This document shows positions 1 to 10,723 of a stretch of 64,000 bases of DNA, one piece after another. Location of the stretch: the NCBI GenBank assembly GCA_963741205.1, contig CAVUHW010000026.1, forward strand, positions 64,001 to 128,000, given 5' to 3'. This stretch comes from Nitrospirota bacterium. GTDB taxonomy: Bacteria; Nitrospirota; UBA9217. The first letter of the stretch is position 1. Each line of letters opens with the position of its first letter. A program made the translations under genes and the position numbers. Below the pieces are notes generated by a model. The model was not told the origin of the DNA. It did not search any database and saw only the letters and a program-made list of their open reading frames with translations.

Positions 1-10
1 ATCTTTTCCA

Positions 11-1502
11 TCACAGTGCTCCGAGGACCTGCACGCAGGACCTGAGGGTATCGTCGATAAAGGAAGGGACCCTGAATCCCAGCAGGATTACCGACACGGC
101 CATCACGATCATCACGGCATTGCCCAGCATGTTCCCGGCCGCATGCCCCGGTTCGTGATGGTGTGCGGCAGGCGCGCTTGCCGATTCACCGGGTTTTCCG
201 AACAGCATCTTGCCGAACCCTGACAGGACACCGTAGAATACGATCACGACGAAAATAAGGAAGAGCACGACCACGGGCCAGAGACCGCGGTCCACGGCAG
301 CCTTCAGGACCGTAAATTCGCTCACGAAAATGTTGAACGGCGGCGTGCCGGAAAGCGACAGGGCGCCGATGAACGTCAGCGTGCCCAGAAGAGGCATCGA
401 CGTGAGGACGCCGTTCACGTTCGCGATATTGGTGGTGCCGAAGCGGGACTGGATCTTTCCCGAGGCGAAGAACATGAGGGGCTTCGACAGCGCGTGGTTC
501 AGAATGTGCAGAAGCGCTCCGTAGATGCCGACCGGGCCGCCGATGCCGACGCCGAGCGAGATGATGCCCATGTGTTCGATGCTGCTGTACGCGAGAAGCC
601 TCTTGAAGTTGTCCTGCACCAGGATGAAGATGGACGATATGCCGACGGAAATGAGGCCGAAGAGGATCAGGAGATTGCCCGTGAAGGCGTTCCCGGTAGA
701 TGGTTCGACGATCGAGACGAAACGCATGATGCCGTAAAACGCAGTGTTCAGAAGAATGCCTGAGAGCAGCGCGCTGATCGGGCTCGGCGCCTGGCTGTGG
801 GCGTCGGGCAGCCAATTATGCACCGGCGCCAAACCCGCCTTGGTCCCGTAGCCCACGAGCACAAAGACAAAGGCGAGTTTCATGGTCTCAGGGTTCAGCC
901 TGGGTGCGATGCCGCGGAGGACGGTCCAGTCGAGCGCTCCCTCGGTCCCCATGACCGCTGTCGACGCATAGTAGGCGATGAAGGTGCCCAGGAGGGCGAA
1001 GGTGATCCCCACGGTGCACAGGATGATGTATTTCCATGCGGCCTCGACGGCCAGGGGCCGTTTATGGAAACCGAGGCCGATCAGGAGGGCGGAAACGATC
1101 GTCGTGGCCTCGATCCCGATCCACATGATGGCGAGGTTATTCGCCATGGTCACGAGAAGCATGGTGAAAATAAAGAGGTGGAGCAGACCGTAATACATCC
1201 GCATGCCGCGAAGGTTCGTCAATCCCGCCGCAAACTCGTGATCGAGGTAGCTGATGGAGTAGGCTGCCGATGCGAGGGAGAGGACAATCACGAGCGCCAT
1301 GATGTAGCCCGACAGCGCGTCCATCGAGAACGCGCCGTAAAACCCGGCTATCGGCGCCGAGATGGACGCCGTTATCAGCGGGAACGCGGCAAACGCCAGG
1401 ACGGCCGCGCCTGCTAAGCTCACGTAGCCGATGAGTCGCGGCATTCCTCACGTTGTAGCAGATGATCGCCGTAACAATCGGTATGATCAATATCGAAAGC
1501 AC
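11..1502 (-). CDS. hyfF: Hydrogenase-4/Ehr membrane subunit F (NuoL/MrpD-like antiporter subunit); frameshift near 1445
   Basis: ORF 11..1444 has EAAWKY, GYGTKAGLAPVHNWLPDAHSQAP and KRLLAYSSIEHMG motifs. The hydrophobic N-terminus (GTG at 1502 after AGGAG, VLSILIIPIVTAIICYNVR) is in an adjacent frame. The next gene's ATG (9..11) overlaps the stop and runs off the window. Confidence 0.85.
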
Positions 1503-1530
1503 TTGACTCTCGTATCTCCTCTCTTCCTTC

Positions 1531-1560
1531 ACTTCTTACTTCTTACTTCTTACTTCTTAC
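1531..1560. repeat. Heptamer tandem repeat (ACTTCTT)x4
   Basis: acttctt acttctt acttctt acttctt ac between hyfE and hyfF. Confidence 0.9.
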
Positions 1561-1566
1561 CTCATC

Positions 1567-2253
1567 CTATCCTTTTAATACCGTCAGTTTATCAAGGTCG
1601 GCCGACGCAAAGGCCCGCTTGATCTGGATCGCGAAGATCCCGATGATGATAACGCCCATCAGCAGGTCGAACAGGACCCCGAGTTCGATCATCGTCGGCA
1701 TGCCGAAAGTGAGCGAGAACCCCGCGAGAAAGAGGCCGTTCTCCATGAACAAGAGGCCGATGGCCTGTGTCAGCGCCTTCTTTCTCGTGATCATGATGAA
1801 CAGGCTGATGAGGATTACGGCAATGGATATCTGAAGCACATTCCTTGAGAACCCCGTCACGAAAATGCCGTCCTTGAGCGAAGCGTACACCACAGCGACG
1901 AGAATGCCGGATATAACCAGGGACAACGAGTTGCTGATGTAGGGCTGCACCTCGTGGGTCACCCGCATCTGCCGGACGATCCTGCGCAGGAAAAGCGGGA
2001 TGATGAGACCCTTGGTCGCAACGGTAAGCAGGGCGGCAATATAGAGGTGCGTTTCGCCGACCAGGACCGCGACCACGGCGATCAGGCTTGCCAGCAGCCA
2101 GGAATTGATCGTGTATGCCTTCACGTAGGACTCGATGCTCTTAAAGGCGTTCAGGGTTACGGCCGTCAACAAAATACCGACGGAGATAAAGTCGATTATC
2201 GAGAAAGCTTCAATCCAGTTTTTCAAGTCGTTTCGCTCCAATTCGGCGCTCAA
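1567..2253 (-). CDS. hyfE: Hydrogenase-4/Ehr membrane subunit E
   Basis: 228 aa polytopic protein with ENG and ELGVLFD motifs, positioned between hyfC and hyfF. Confidence 0.85.
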   Translation of the reverse strand: MSAELERNDLKNWIEAFSIIDFISVGILLTAVTLNAFKSIESYVKAYTINSWLLASLIAVVAVLVGETHLYIAALLTVATKGLIIPLFLRRIVRQMRVTHEVQPYISNSLSLVISGILVAVVYASLKDGIFVTGFSRNVLQISIAVILISLFIMITRKKALTQAIGLLFMENGLFLAGFSLTFGMPTMIELGVLFDLLMGVIIIGIFAIQIKRAFASADLDKLTVLKG

Positions 2254-2263
2254 CGCGCGCGGC

Positions 2264-3181
2264 TCACTTCCCCATCATAATGTGCGTCAAAAGCGACAGG
2301 AATGCCAAAACAAACGCTCCGCCCAGAATGGACGGGAGTTGAAAGAACCGCATCTTTGCGCGCGTGGACTCGACGAGCGCCATCACAAAAGCCATGCAGA
2401 GCATCTTCGCGGCGTAGATGCCCGCGGACAGGGCAAGCCCCGCCGAAGCGCCTGCATGCTCGATGCCGAAGGGAAAGAAGATGTCCACGGCGAGCGTGAA
2501 CAGGACCATCTGTTTCACATAATGCGCCCATTCCATGAGCGCAAGATAGCGGCCCGAGTATTCCAGGACCATCCCCTCATGGATCATGGTCAGCTCGAGA
2601 TGGGTGTCGGGATTGTCCACGGGCACCCTGCCCGTCTCCGCGACGATCGCCACCATGAACGCCGACAGCGCCAGCAGGTGGGCCGGGGAATACGCTGCGC
2701 CCGGGGCCGCGGCGATGCGCGCGATGTTCGTGGTGCCGGCGGAAATGGCCGCGGTAAAAAGCGCGAGCATCATCATGGGCTCGACGAGGATCGCGACCGT
2801 CATTTCCCTGCTGCTCCCCTCGCCGCCGAAGGCGGTGCCCGCATCGAGCCCGGCGAGCGCCATGAAAAAACGGGCCAGGGCAAAGAGGTAAATGACCGCG
2901 ATCACGTCGCCCATCATGCCGTATGCCGATGCCGTGGAGAGCACCGGGACGATCGCGGCGGCGGCAGCCGTCGCGGTAAAGACGACGTAGGGCGTGGCCC
3001 TGAATATCCAGGACGTGACGGTGGAGACCACCATGTCCTTCTTGAACAGGCGCAGCAGGTCGTAGTAAGGCTGGAGCACGCCCGGCCCCACGCGGCCCTG
3101 CATGTTGGCCTTGAGTTTTTTGATCACCCCGTTCACGAGCGGAGAGAACAGGATGACTATGAGGAATTGGAAGTACTCCAT
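2264..3181 (-). CDS. hyfC: Hydrogenase-4/Ehr subunit C (NuoH/HycD family)
   Basis: GRVGPGVLQPYYDLLRLFKK, GSSRE and ETGRVPVDNPDTHLELTMIHEGMVLEYSG motifs. Confidence 0.9.
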   Translation of the reverse strand: MEYFQFLIVILFSPLVNGVIKKLKANMQGRVGPGVLQPYYDLLRLFKKDMVVSTVTSWIFRATPYVVFTATAAAAAIVPVLSTASAYGMMGDVIAVIYLFALARFFMALAGLDAGTAFGGEGSSREMTVAILVEPMMMLALFTAAISAGTTNIARIAAAPGAAYSPAHLLALSAFMVAIVAETGRVPVDNPDTHLELTMIHEGMVLEYSGRYLALMEWAHYVKQMVLFTLAVDIFFPFGIEHAGASAGLALSAGIYAAKMLCMAFVMALVESTRAKMRFFQLPSILGGAFVLAFLSLLTHIMMGK

Positions 3182-3215
3182 TTTTTCTGTAAACTGGACC
3201 CTGACCCCTGTTTCC

Positions 3216-5207
3216 TTACGTCCCGAAAATCAAGAGCAGGATCAGGGTTATCAAAATATATCCCAGATAAAGCTGCAGACTCCCGGATTGCAAAAGTTTG
3301 ACCTTGCCGGCGACTGCGTCAATGAACCTGGTCACCGGCTCGTACACATACCGCTCGAAGAAAGGCGTGATGTCGCCGCCGTAGCGCAGGGAAGTTACAA
3401 AAAACGGCTTCAGCGCGTACTGCACCTTGATATCGCGACTGGGCAAATAGATTCTCTTGTAGATTATTCGCAGCGGTTTGGTAAAGGCCGTGGCCGTGTA
3501 CTGCATGCGGGGCGTCAATCCGGGGATGCCGCAGTCCCATGAATCGGCATAGGCGGTTTTTCTTTTCCCTCCGACAATCCTGATGAAAACGAGCGCGGCA
3601 AACAGCATCACAACCATAGTGATTAAGAGGGCGGCTGGTGACAGGGAAGCAGACGTCTGGCCGATGTTGAGAACGCCCTGGTTCTCCACCGCGGCAGCGG
3701 CGCCCGTGAGGACAGAGACAGCCGGAGAAAGGACCGACAGCGCCGGCCCCGGGAAGAGACCGAGGAGCAGGCAGGGCGCCGCGAGCAATCCCGCGCCGAG
3801 CAGCATGGAAGGCGATGCCTCTTGAGCGGTCCGGGCCTGCCCTGTTCTCGGCATGCCCAGGAATGAAATGCCGAAGGCCTTCACGAACCCGGCGGCGGCG
3901 ATGGCGCCGGTCAAGGCCAGGGCGGCGCCGCCGAGAGGAGACACGATCTTCGCGGTCACCGACGGCGACTGATAACCGAGGAGCAGCGACTGATAGGTAA
4001 GCCATTCGCTCACAAAACCGTTAAACGGCGGCAGCGCGCAGATCGAGAGCGAGCCCGCGAGGAAGAACAACCCGGTCAGGGGCATGCGTTTCAGAAGGCC
4101 CCCCATTTCCTCCATATTTCCCGAGCCCGTGCTGCGGATGATAGCTCCCGCGCCGAGGAAGAGGGCGCCCTTAAACAACGCGTGATTCAGCGCATGGAAC
4201 AAGGCCGCCGTGAGCGCAACCGAGGAGAGGACAGAGAGGCCGTTGCTCTTGAACATCATGGCTGCGCCGACGCCCAGGAGGATGATCCCGACGTTCTCAA
4301 TGCTCGAATAAGCGAGAAAAAGTTTGAGATTGTTCTCGATGAGGCCGTAGAGAATGCCGAGCAGGGCCGAGACCGCGCCGACCGTGATCACGGCGATCCC
4401 CCACCATTCCGGGCCCTGCCCCATGACGTCCATGCAGATCCTGATAATGCCGTAAATCCCCATCTTGACCATCAGGCCCGACATCAGCGCTGCCACGTGA
4501 GGCGGGGCTACGGGATAGGCCCGGGGGATCCAGGTATGGAGCGGGATGATTCCTGCCTTGGTGCCGAAGCCGATGACGGAGCAGATGAAAACGACGGATT
4601 TCACGTTCATCGCTACGCCGGACATGCCCGCCTTCATTCCTTCAAAATCCATCCTGCCCGTCGCCCGGTAGAGGATGAAGAACAGCGCGATGATGAAGGC
4701 CGTGCCGATGTGGGTCATCGCGGCGTAAAAGAGCCCGGCGCGTGAGGCCTTTTCGCTCCGATCGACGGTCACCAGGAAATAGGATGAGATCGCCATGGTT
4801 TCCCAGGCAAGAAGGAACGTGAAGAGGTTCGCGGACAGCACCACGGCGTAGAGACTCAGGATGAGGATATTATAGAAGAAACCCGGCGTGCCGGAGCAGT
4901 CCGGATCGCGTGCGGACCCGAGGCAGTAGACCGATACGGCCAGGGTGACGATCGAGATGATGATGACGAAGAAACCGGCAAGGGCGTCGCCGCGCAGCGC
5001 GAGCTCGAAGAACGATGATACGGGCTGGGCTTGATAGGATACAGGACCGCCAAAGGTGAGGGAAAAACCCAGGACCAGAAAGACGAGTGACCCGAGGAGG
5101 GAGAACAGGTACGCTGTGGTTGTGATTTTTTTTGCTGGTACGAGCGCGCTGAGCGCGCCAACTGCAAACAATATGATTCCCGAAAGAAGAAAATGTTCCG
5201 TTTCCAT
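3216..5207 (-). CDS. hyfB: Hydrogenase-4/Ehr subunit B (NuoL/HycC-like antiporter subunit)
   Basis: 663 aa; WETM, GFGTKAGIIPLHTWIP, LAYSSIENVG, NHALFKG, LPPFNGFVSEW and WDCG...RMQYTAT motifs. Confidence 0.9.
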   Translation of the reverse strand: METEHFLLSGIILFAVGALSALVPAKKITTTAYLFSLLGSLVFLVLGFSLTFGGPVSYQAQPVSSFFELALRGDALAGFFVIIISIVTLAVSVYCLGSARDPDCSGTPGFFYNILILSLYAVVLSANLFTFLLAWETMAISSYFLVTVDRSEKASRAGLFYAAMTHIGTAFIIALFFILYRATGRMDFEGMKAGMSGVAMNVKSVVFICSVIGFGTKAGIIPLHTWIPRAYPVAPPHVAALMSGLMVKMGIYGIIRICMDVMGQGPEWWGIAVITVGAVSALLGILYGLIENNLKLFLAYSSIENVGIILLGVGAAMMFKSNGLSVLSSVALTAALFHALNHALFKGALFLGAGAIIRSTGSGNMEEMGGLLKRMPLTGLFFLAGSLSICALPPFNGFVSEWLTYQSLLLGYQSPSVTAKIVSPLGGAALALTGAIAAAGFVKAFGISFLGMPRTGQARTAQEASPSMLLGAGLLAAPCLLLGLFPGPALSVLSPAVSVLTGAAAAVENQGVLNIGQTSASLSPAALLITMVVMLFAALVFIRIVGGKRKTAYADSWDCGIPGLTPRMQYTATAFTKPLRIIYKRIYLPSRDIKVQYALKPFFVTSLRYGGDITPFFERYVYEPVTRFIDAVAGKVKLLQSGSLQLYLGYILITLILLLIFGT

Positions 5208-5268
5208 CTAAAATAAATTCTCGCTCTGTCAAAAATCGGGCTCGGTAAAAACCGAGTTACGAGGCCGT

Positions 5269-5296
5269 AGTATATTCCATTGAGACATTTTGTCAA
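5269..5296 (-). promoter_or_regulatory. Sigma70-type promoter for the hyf operon
   Basis: Minus strand TTGACA-16 nt-TATACT, about 60 nt upstream of the hyfB start. Confidence 0.6.
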
Positions 5297-5408
5297 GAAA
5301 AAATTCGGGGAAGAGGTCGCTGCGCGGTCCGTCGTTTACTGTGTCACCGTTGGCCCTCGACGATACGAGCGTCGTTACTGTTGCCAAGGTCTTCGACAGT
5401 GTTCAAAT

Positions 5409-5437
5409 AAAAGGGGCGGCCTTTTGGCCGCCCTTGA
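5409..5437 (-). terminator. Intrinsic terminator after the DUF1634 gene
   Basis: Minus strand AAGGGCGGCC-AAAA-GGCCGCCCC-TTTT. Confidence 0.7.
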
Positions 5438-5466
5438 TGAGGGTAACATCTTGAGACCCATGGTAT

Positions 5467-5886
5467 TTAGTGACCGCCGACTTTTAGGAGGCCGCTCGCC
5501 GCGAGCGCCAGCACCAGGACTTCCACGATCGCGATGACCATATAGGGAGTGTCCTTCTTCCGCGCCAGGATCGGCAGGATGACGAGGTAGCACAGGATCG
5601 TAAGTCCCGCCAGGATCGCGATAGGCACGAAGTTCAGATAATCGCCCCTACCCACAAATGCAGTCCAGCCCCAGCCCGTGGGGGCATGGAGTACATGATT
5701 GAAATCATGGACCCTCATGGTCCAGTACTTCGGCAGGTCGTTGATCGGTACGAAGGTCGGGAGTACACCCGAAATGTACACAAAAAAGGTGATTACCAAA
5801 AGAGCGAGCCCGAACCACATGCCGATGCCCAGGATCCCTGCGTACGCCATCTGTTCTTCCGATGCCTTGGTTTTTTCGTTAGCCAT
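5467..5886 (-). CDS. DUF1634-like membrane protein (common TauE partner)
   Basis: 139 aa with 3 TM segments and the PTGWGW...GDYLNF signature, directly downstream of TauE. Confidence 0.7.
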   Translation of the reverse strand: MANEKTKASEEQMAYAGILGIGMWFGLALLVITFFVYISGVLPTFVPINDLPKYWTMRVHDFNHVLHAPTGWGWTAFVGRGDYLNFVPIAILAGLTILCYLVILPILARKKDTPYMVIAIVEVLVLALAASGLLKVGGH

Positions 5887-5896
5887 TTTTTTTCTC

Positions 5897-6910
5897 CTAT
5901 TTCCAGATTTCGAGTCCCTTGAGGAGGGACCTGAGCCCCGCGAAGAGCAAGAGGCCGATAACCATCCACTTGATGGCCTTGGGCTTCGCCTTGGCGAGGA
6001 TCTTCACGCCCACGATGGACCCGAGCATGATGCCCACGAGGGACGGGACCACGATCATCGGGAGCACCGCGCCCTGGTTCAGGTAGACCCACGCCGCCGA
6101 CGTATCGGTGATGGAGAGCAGGAACTTGCTGGTGGCAACCGAGATTTTGAGCGGTGCGCCCATCAGCAGGTTCAACACCGGCACGTTCGCCCATCCGGCC
6201 CCGAGGCCGAACATGCCGGCCATGATGCCGATGATGATGAAGAGCGACAAACCCAGAGGTGTCTTATGGACGGTCCACTCCACGTCCTTGCCGAGCGACT
6301 CTTCCCGGTAGATGCCCATGATGCCGAGGCTCTGAGCGAGGTTGTCCGGCTTCGGTACAATGGGAAAATCCGACTTCTTTGCCGTCGCCATGATGATCAC
6401 AATGAACAGGATGGTCGCGCCCAGCAGCGTGTTGACCACGTTCGGTTTGAGGGCGAGGCCGATCATGGCGCCGACGATTGCAGCCGCCGACGCGATGAGC
6501 GCGACGGGCAGCGCCAACCGAAGACTCGCGAGGTTCCTTTTGAGCAGTCCCGGCCCCGCGGCAAGCGCTCCCGCGAGAGCGACGAGAAGACCGGCGCCTC
6601 TCACGAAGTCGATGTTAAACGGGAAAAATCCTCCCACGATCGGAACAAACAAAACGCCGCCGCCCACCCCTCCGAGCACGGCGAGGATGCCGAGGATGAA
6701 CGTGACGATGAACAATGCAAGAGGCCAGATCCACCAGGGTGTGCCGGAAACGGGGGTTGCGGGCGCCGTTCCATGCACCTCACCGTGCTCTTGCATCGGC
6801 GCCGGAGCTGCGGCGGGCGCAGCTTCCTGCGAGGCAACGGCAAAACCGGCCGGGAGTATGGCTGCCATGAGAAATACTACGATGATGACGCTGAAATATC
6901 GGTGTACCAT
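5897..6910 (-). CDS. Sulfite exporter TauE/SafE family protein
   Basis: Repeated LGGVGGGVLFVP and MFGLGAGWANVP motifs; polytopic. Confidence 0.85.
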   Translation of the reverse strand: MVHRYFSVIIVVFLMAAILPAGFAVASQEAAPAAAPAPMQEHGEVHGTAPATPVSGTPWWIWPLALFIVTFILGILAVLGGVGGGVLFVPIVGGFFPFNIDFVRGAGLLVALAGALAAGPGLLKRNLASLRLALPVALIASAAAIVGAMIGLALKPNVVNTLLGATILFIVIIMATAKKSDFPIVPKPDNLAQSLGIMGIYREESLGKDVEWTVHKTPLGLSLFIIIGIMAGMFGLGAGWANVPVLNLLMGAPLKISVATSKFLLSITDTSAAWVYLNQGAVLPMIVVPSLVGIMLGSIVGVKILAKAKPKAIKWMVIGLLLFAGLRSLLKGLEIWK

Positions 6911-7204
6911 TTCTTATCCTTCCCCCCTTTAGACTCTTCCAAGTGCTGTTGAGTGACGGTCCGATACACACTCGCTATTTCTGGATTTTCCATTGCATTA
7001 TGCACACGACGGGTTTCATTTTGCACAGCTGGTTATGTTATTATAATGACGGAGAAGTTGTCAAGAAAAAATGCTCGCCGAAACCATAAATTCATAATGG
7101 AAAGCTATAAGAATCACTTATGAAGAAAAAATAGGGCGGGATTTTGTCCTCCATGAAGGAGGAGTACAACAGGAGGAGAGTATTCTTATTGGATGACGCC
7201 GCCG

Positions 7205-7337
7205 ATGACTGCGGGAGCGGCAGTTACCGATGGTTCCACCCCTCTTCCGCAACCGGGTCTGACCAGAGGGAAGAATCAGGCTGCGTGTAAGCGCTAAAGT
7301 CGGTCCCTGCCAGCGTGGAGCAGGCACCCGCAGTCGT
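7205..7337 (+). ncRNA. Candidate structured non-coding RNA (long imperfect hairpin), family unassigned
   Basis: ATGACTGCGGG(7205-15)/CCCGCAGTCGT(7327-37), GGCAG/CTGCC, ACCGAT/GTCGGT and TCTTCC/GGAAGA nest; G-U pairs favour the + strand. Confidence 0.35.
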
Positions 7338-7372
7338 GACGTTTGACTAGCAAAAAAATGCTCTGTCACTGC

Positions 7373-10300
7373 TCATTTCTTGTCAAAGACGTCGATAAAA
7401 ACGGACCTGACCTGTTTTCTGAGGCCTTCGTAATCGTTAAGAAGCTTTTGCCCCGCCGGCCCCCCGTCATCCGAGTACCCCAAGCGACGCGCAAGCAGAT
7501 GAAGCTTTCGCGGGTCCCTGCTCAGTTCGCTCGCCGCCTGGTTCGAGACGATCCTCATTCTGCTTTCGAGCTGCCGCAGGAACAGATAGGCCCGCGCCAG
7601 GACATGATATGACGCGTCATCGAGGAGATGCCGTCTCCTGAGCGCCTGGAGGGCGTTATAGGTTCCCGGTACCCCCACCCCCTTGTGCGCATTTCCGTGA
7701 AGCAGTTGCAGGTACTGGACAAGGAACTCGATGTCCACGATCCCGCCCGCGCCCTGCTTGATGTTGTAGCGGGCTCCGTCTTCTTTTCCCAGTTCGTCTT
7801 CCATCCTTTTACGCATAGCGAGGATGTCTCGGGCAAGAACAGACGGGTCCTGATCTTGAAAAACGAGGTCCTGCAGGGATGCGGTAAACTCGCGGCCTAC
7901 ATCCCGGTCCCCGGCAACGAACCGTGCGCGCAGCAGGGACTGAAACTCCCATGTTTCGGCCTGTGCGGCAAAATAGTCTTTAAACGCCTCGAGGCTCTGT
8001 ACCAACGGCCCCTTGGAACCCGTGGGCCGGAGCCTCGGGTCCACGCGGAACACGAACCCCTCCCGCGTCAGGGTGGACAGATAGGTGATCGTCTTTTCAG
8101 CCACCTTGCTGAAATATTCGAACGTGGACAGGCCGGCTCGCGGCGCCGCTCGTGTCCCGGAATAGAGGAAGAGAATGTCGAGGTCCGAACCGTACGTCAG
8201 TTCCCTCCCGCCGAGTTTGCCCATGCCGATGATTGCAAGACCCGAGGCGGTCCCGCGGCCGTCGAGGCGCTTGCCGGTTTCTTCCGCCGCCAGGTCGAGG
8301 GCTGCGCCGAGACAGACTTCCGCCAGCTTCGACAGGTCGCGCGAAACGGCCCTCAGCGGCGCATGGATGAGAAGGTCCGCCATCCCGAGACGGATCTCCT
8401 CCTGGTGTTTGAACCGCCTGAGGACATCGAGCTTTTCCGTGATGTCCCCGGCCCGCTCCAGGGCCCCTGCGAGCTCTTTCGCATACCTCCCGCTAGACCC
8501 CGGTACCGGAAGCCCTGCGGGACTCCAGGAGGTTTTGAAGCAGGACCGGCCTGCCCACGAGCATCCTCGAGAGGTATTCGCTGTTCGCGAAGATAGCAAC
8601 CAGGACCTTGAAGGCCGAGGCATCGAGCTTCACAAGTGACTGAAAGGATTCCCATGAGCCCTGCGCCGCAAGAAACGACTCGAGGTGGTTAAGCGCCATG
8701 TCGGGGTCAGGCGAGACGACGATCTCCTGGAACAGCGAAGGGAATATCTCGTTAAAGAGCTTGCGGCTGCGCGGCGTCTGATGGACAAAGGCCGGACCTT
8801 CCCGGAGCAGGAGCAGGTTCCGGTACGCCTTACCGGGGTCCCGGAACCCGAGCTTCCCAAAGAGCGAGACCGCCTCCTGCTCCGTCGTTTCCGGATCGAG
8901 CAGCCGTCCATAATCGCCCGCGGGTCCGCCTTTTGAAGCCTCTTCCCCCGTGAACGCGAAGAGCTCGTCATAGATGCGCCGGACCTTCTTCGTATGCTCG
9001 GCATGATCGCGGAGCAGCAGTTCCGCCTCTCTTCCCCGCTCGCGATATCCCGTTCGCCGCGCCAAGCGCGCGCAACCCCTCTTCGTCCGTGGGCATCGTC
9101 TGGGTCTGCAGGTCGTCGAGGATCTGGATGCGGTGCTCGACGGTCCGGAGGAATATATAGGCCTTGGCAAGGGCTTCGTGTTCCTCGTAGGTGATCAGGC
9201 CCTTCTGGGAAAGCGCATGGAGGGCCTTCAGGGCGTTCCTTTCACGCAAGGACCGGTCCCTCCCTCCGTACAGGAGCTGGAGCGCCTGGATCACGAACTC
9301 GATCTCCCTGATGCCGCCGTACCCGAGCTTGACGTCGCGGTGCGTCCTTCCCTTCTGCTCCACGTCCTTGTTGATCTTCTGCTTCATGTCGCGAATCTCG
9401 ACAATGGCGCCGTAATCGAGGTACTTTCGGTACACGAAGGGGGTTATCCGGTCCAGGAACTCCCTGCCCACACTTTCGTCGCCGGCCACGGGCCGCGCCT
9501 TGACGAGCGCCGCGCGTTCCCAGGTCTGGCCCCAGGACTCATAATAAATCTCGTAGCCGCCGAGGCTCTGCGCCAGCGGCCCCCCCTGCCCTTCCGGACG
9601 CAGGCGCAGGTCCACGCGGAACACGAAGCCGTCCTCGGTCTTCTCTCCGATCGCGGCGGAAATTTTTTCCGCGAGCTTGATGAAATATTGGTGGTTCGTG
9701 ATCCGGTTCGTAGCTGTCCCTTTGGCATGACCGGTCCCCTCGGTTTCCCCATCGGCGGCATAGACATACATGAGGTCCACGTCGGAGCTGAAGTTCAGTT
9801 CATGGCCGCCGAGCTTGCCCATGGCGATGACCGCAAAGCCCGCATACGATCGTGCCCCGCCTGGGCTTTCGATCACCGGCCTGCCGTACCGTCTCGTCAA
9901 CTCCGCGTCGGCCCGCTCATATGCCATCTGCAGGCAGACCTCGGCAAGGTCCGACAGCTCGGCCACGGTCTCCTGAAGCTCGGCCTTTCCGAGCAGGTCC
10001 CGCAGACCGATCCTGAGCAACTCGCGCTTTCGGAATATCCTCAGGATCCGGAAAAAAGCCCGCTCCTCCGGTTCGCCGTCCATCATGAGCGCGAGCCGTT
10101 CGCGCAGGGCGTCCTTCCCTGATGGGCGAGTAAGGTAGTCGGGGTCAACGAAGCAGGTCAGGCCCTCATCGGCGGAGGCGATCAGAAAAGTGGACAGGAA
10201 CCGGCTTGCGCCGAAGATGGTGATAAGATACCGCAGGATTTCATGGCCCCGGCAGAGCGATATGAACAGAGGGACATCGGAGAGGCTGCCGACGAACCGC

Positions 10301-10497
10301 TCGAGATGATTGAGGGCCATGTCGGGATCGGCGGACTGCGGCAGGTCGGTAAGGATTCCGGGAAGAAGAACGGCAAAACCATCGGCGCCAAGCGCGGCTG
10401 AGAGAAGCTCAAGATTTTTCCTGCCCTGTGCGGCATCCCGCACGCCGAGGTTCACAAGGTCTTCCGGTGTCGGCATTATCTGTTTGTCATCCGGCAT
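7373..10497 (-). CDS. glnE: Bifunctional glutamine synthetase adenylyltransferase/deadenylase, split by two frameshifts (~9070, ~8510)
   Basis: Two nucleotidyltransferase halves (MGKLGGHELNFSSDVDL...VDLRLRPEG...GQTWER...GGIREIEF and MGKLGGRELTYGSDLD...VDPRLRP...GGIVDIEF) across ORFs 8968..10497, 8493..9170 and 7373..8623. Confidence 0.92.
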
Positions 10498-10504
10498 GTT
10501 TTAT

Positions 10505-10533
10505 ATTATACTGGCAAGCATCCGGATAAACAA
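10505..10533 (-). promoter_or_regulatory. Sigma70 promoter of glnE (probably leaderless)
   Basis: Minus strand TTGTTT-17 nt-TATAAT-7 nt-ATG; no Shine-Dalgarno. Confidence 0.6.
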
Positions 10534-10543
10534 GCTATAGACG

Positions 10544-10675
10544 TCCTCCCCTTCAAGGGGAGGGATAGGGTGAGGATGGGTCAAAAAAGCGAATGATGAC
10601 CGGCTGTATAACCCATCCCCGCACCTCGATTAAATCATTCGAGGTTGCTCTAACCTACCCCTTGAAAGGGGAGGA
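10544..10675. repeat. REP-like inverted pair of CCCCTT(N)AAGGGG hairpins with a nested stem-loop
   Basis: tcctccccttcaagggggagggatagggtgaggatggg ... cccatcccc ... ctaacctaccccttgaaaggggagga, with internal acctcga-N-tcgaggt. Confidence 0.65.
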
Positions 10676-10723
10676 AATATTTATCGCAGGATCATACGAC
10701 CTGAGAAGTTACAAAATACATTC

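Noticed and set aside
1531-1560. Heptamer arrays as CRISPR or phase-variation tracts
   Set aside because: No spacers or cas genes; most arrays are intergenic and degenerate rather than perfect tracts in a 5' coding region.
7226-7270. Loose resemblance to a fluoride riboswitch (GATGG..TTC..ACC..AACCG..CTGA)
   Set aside because: Lacks the closing GATGAC..CTAC, and there is no downstream + strand gene to regulate.
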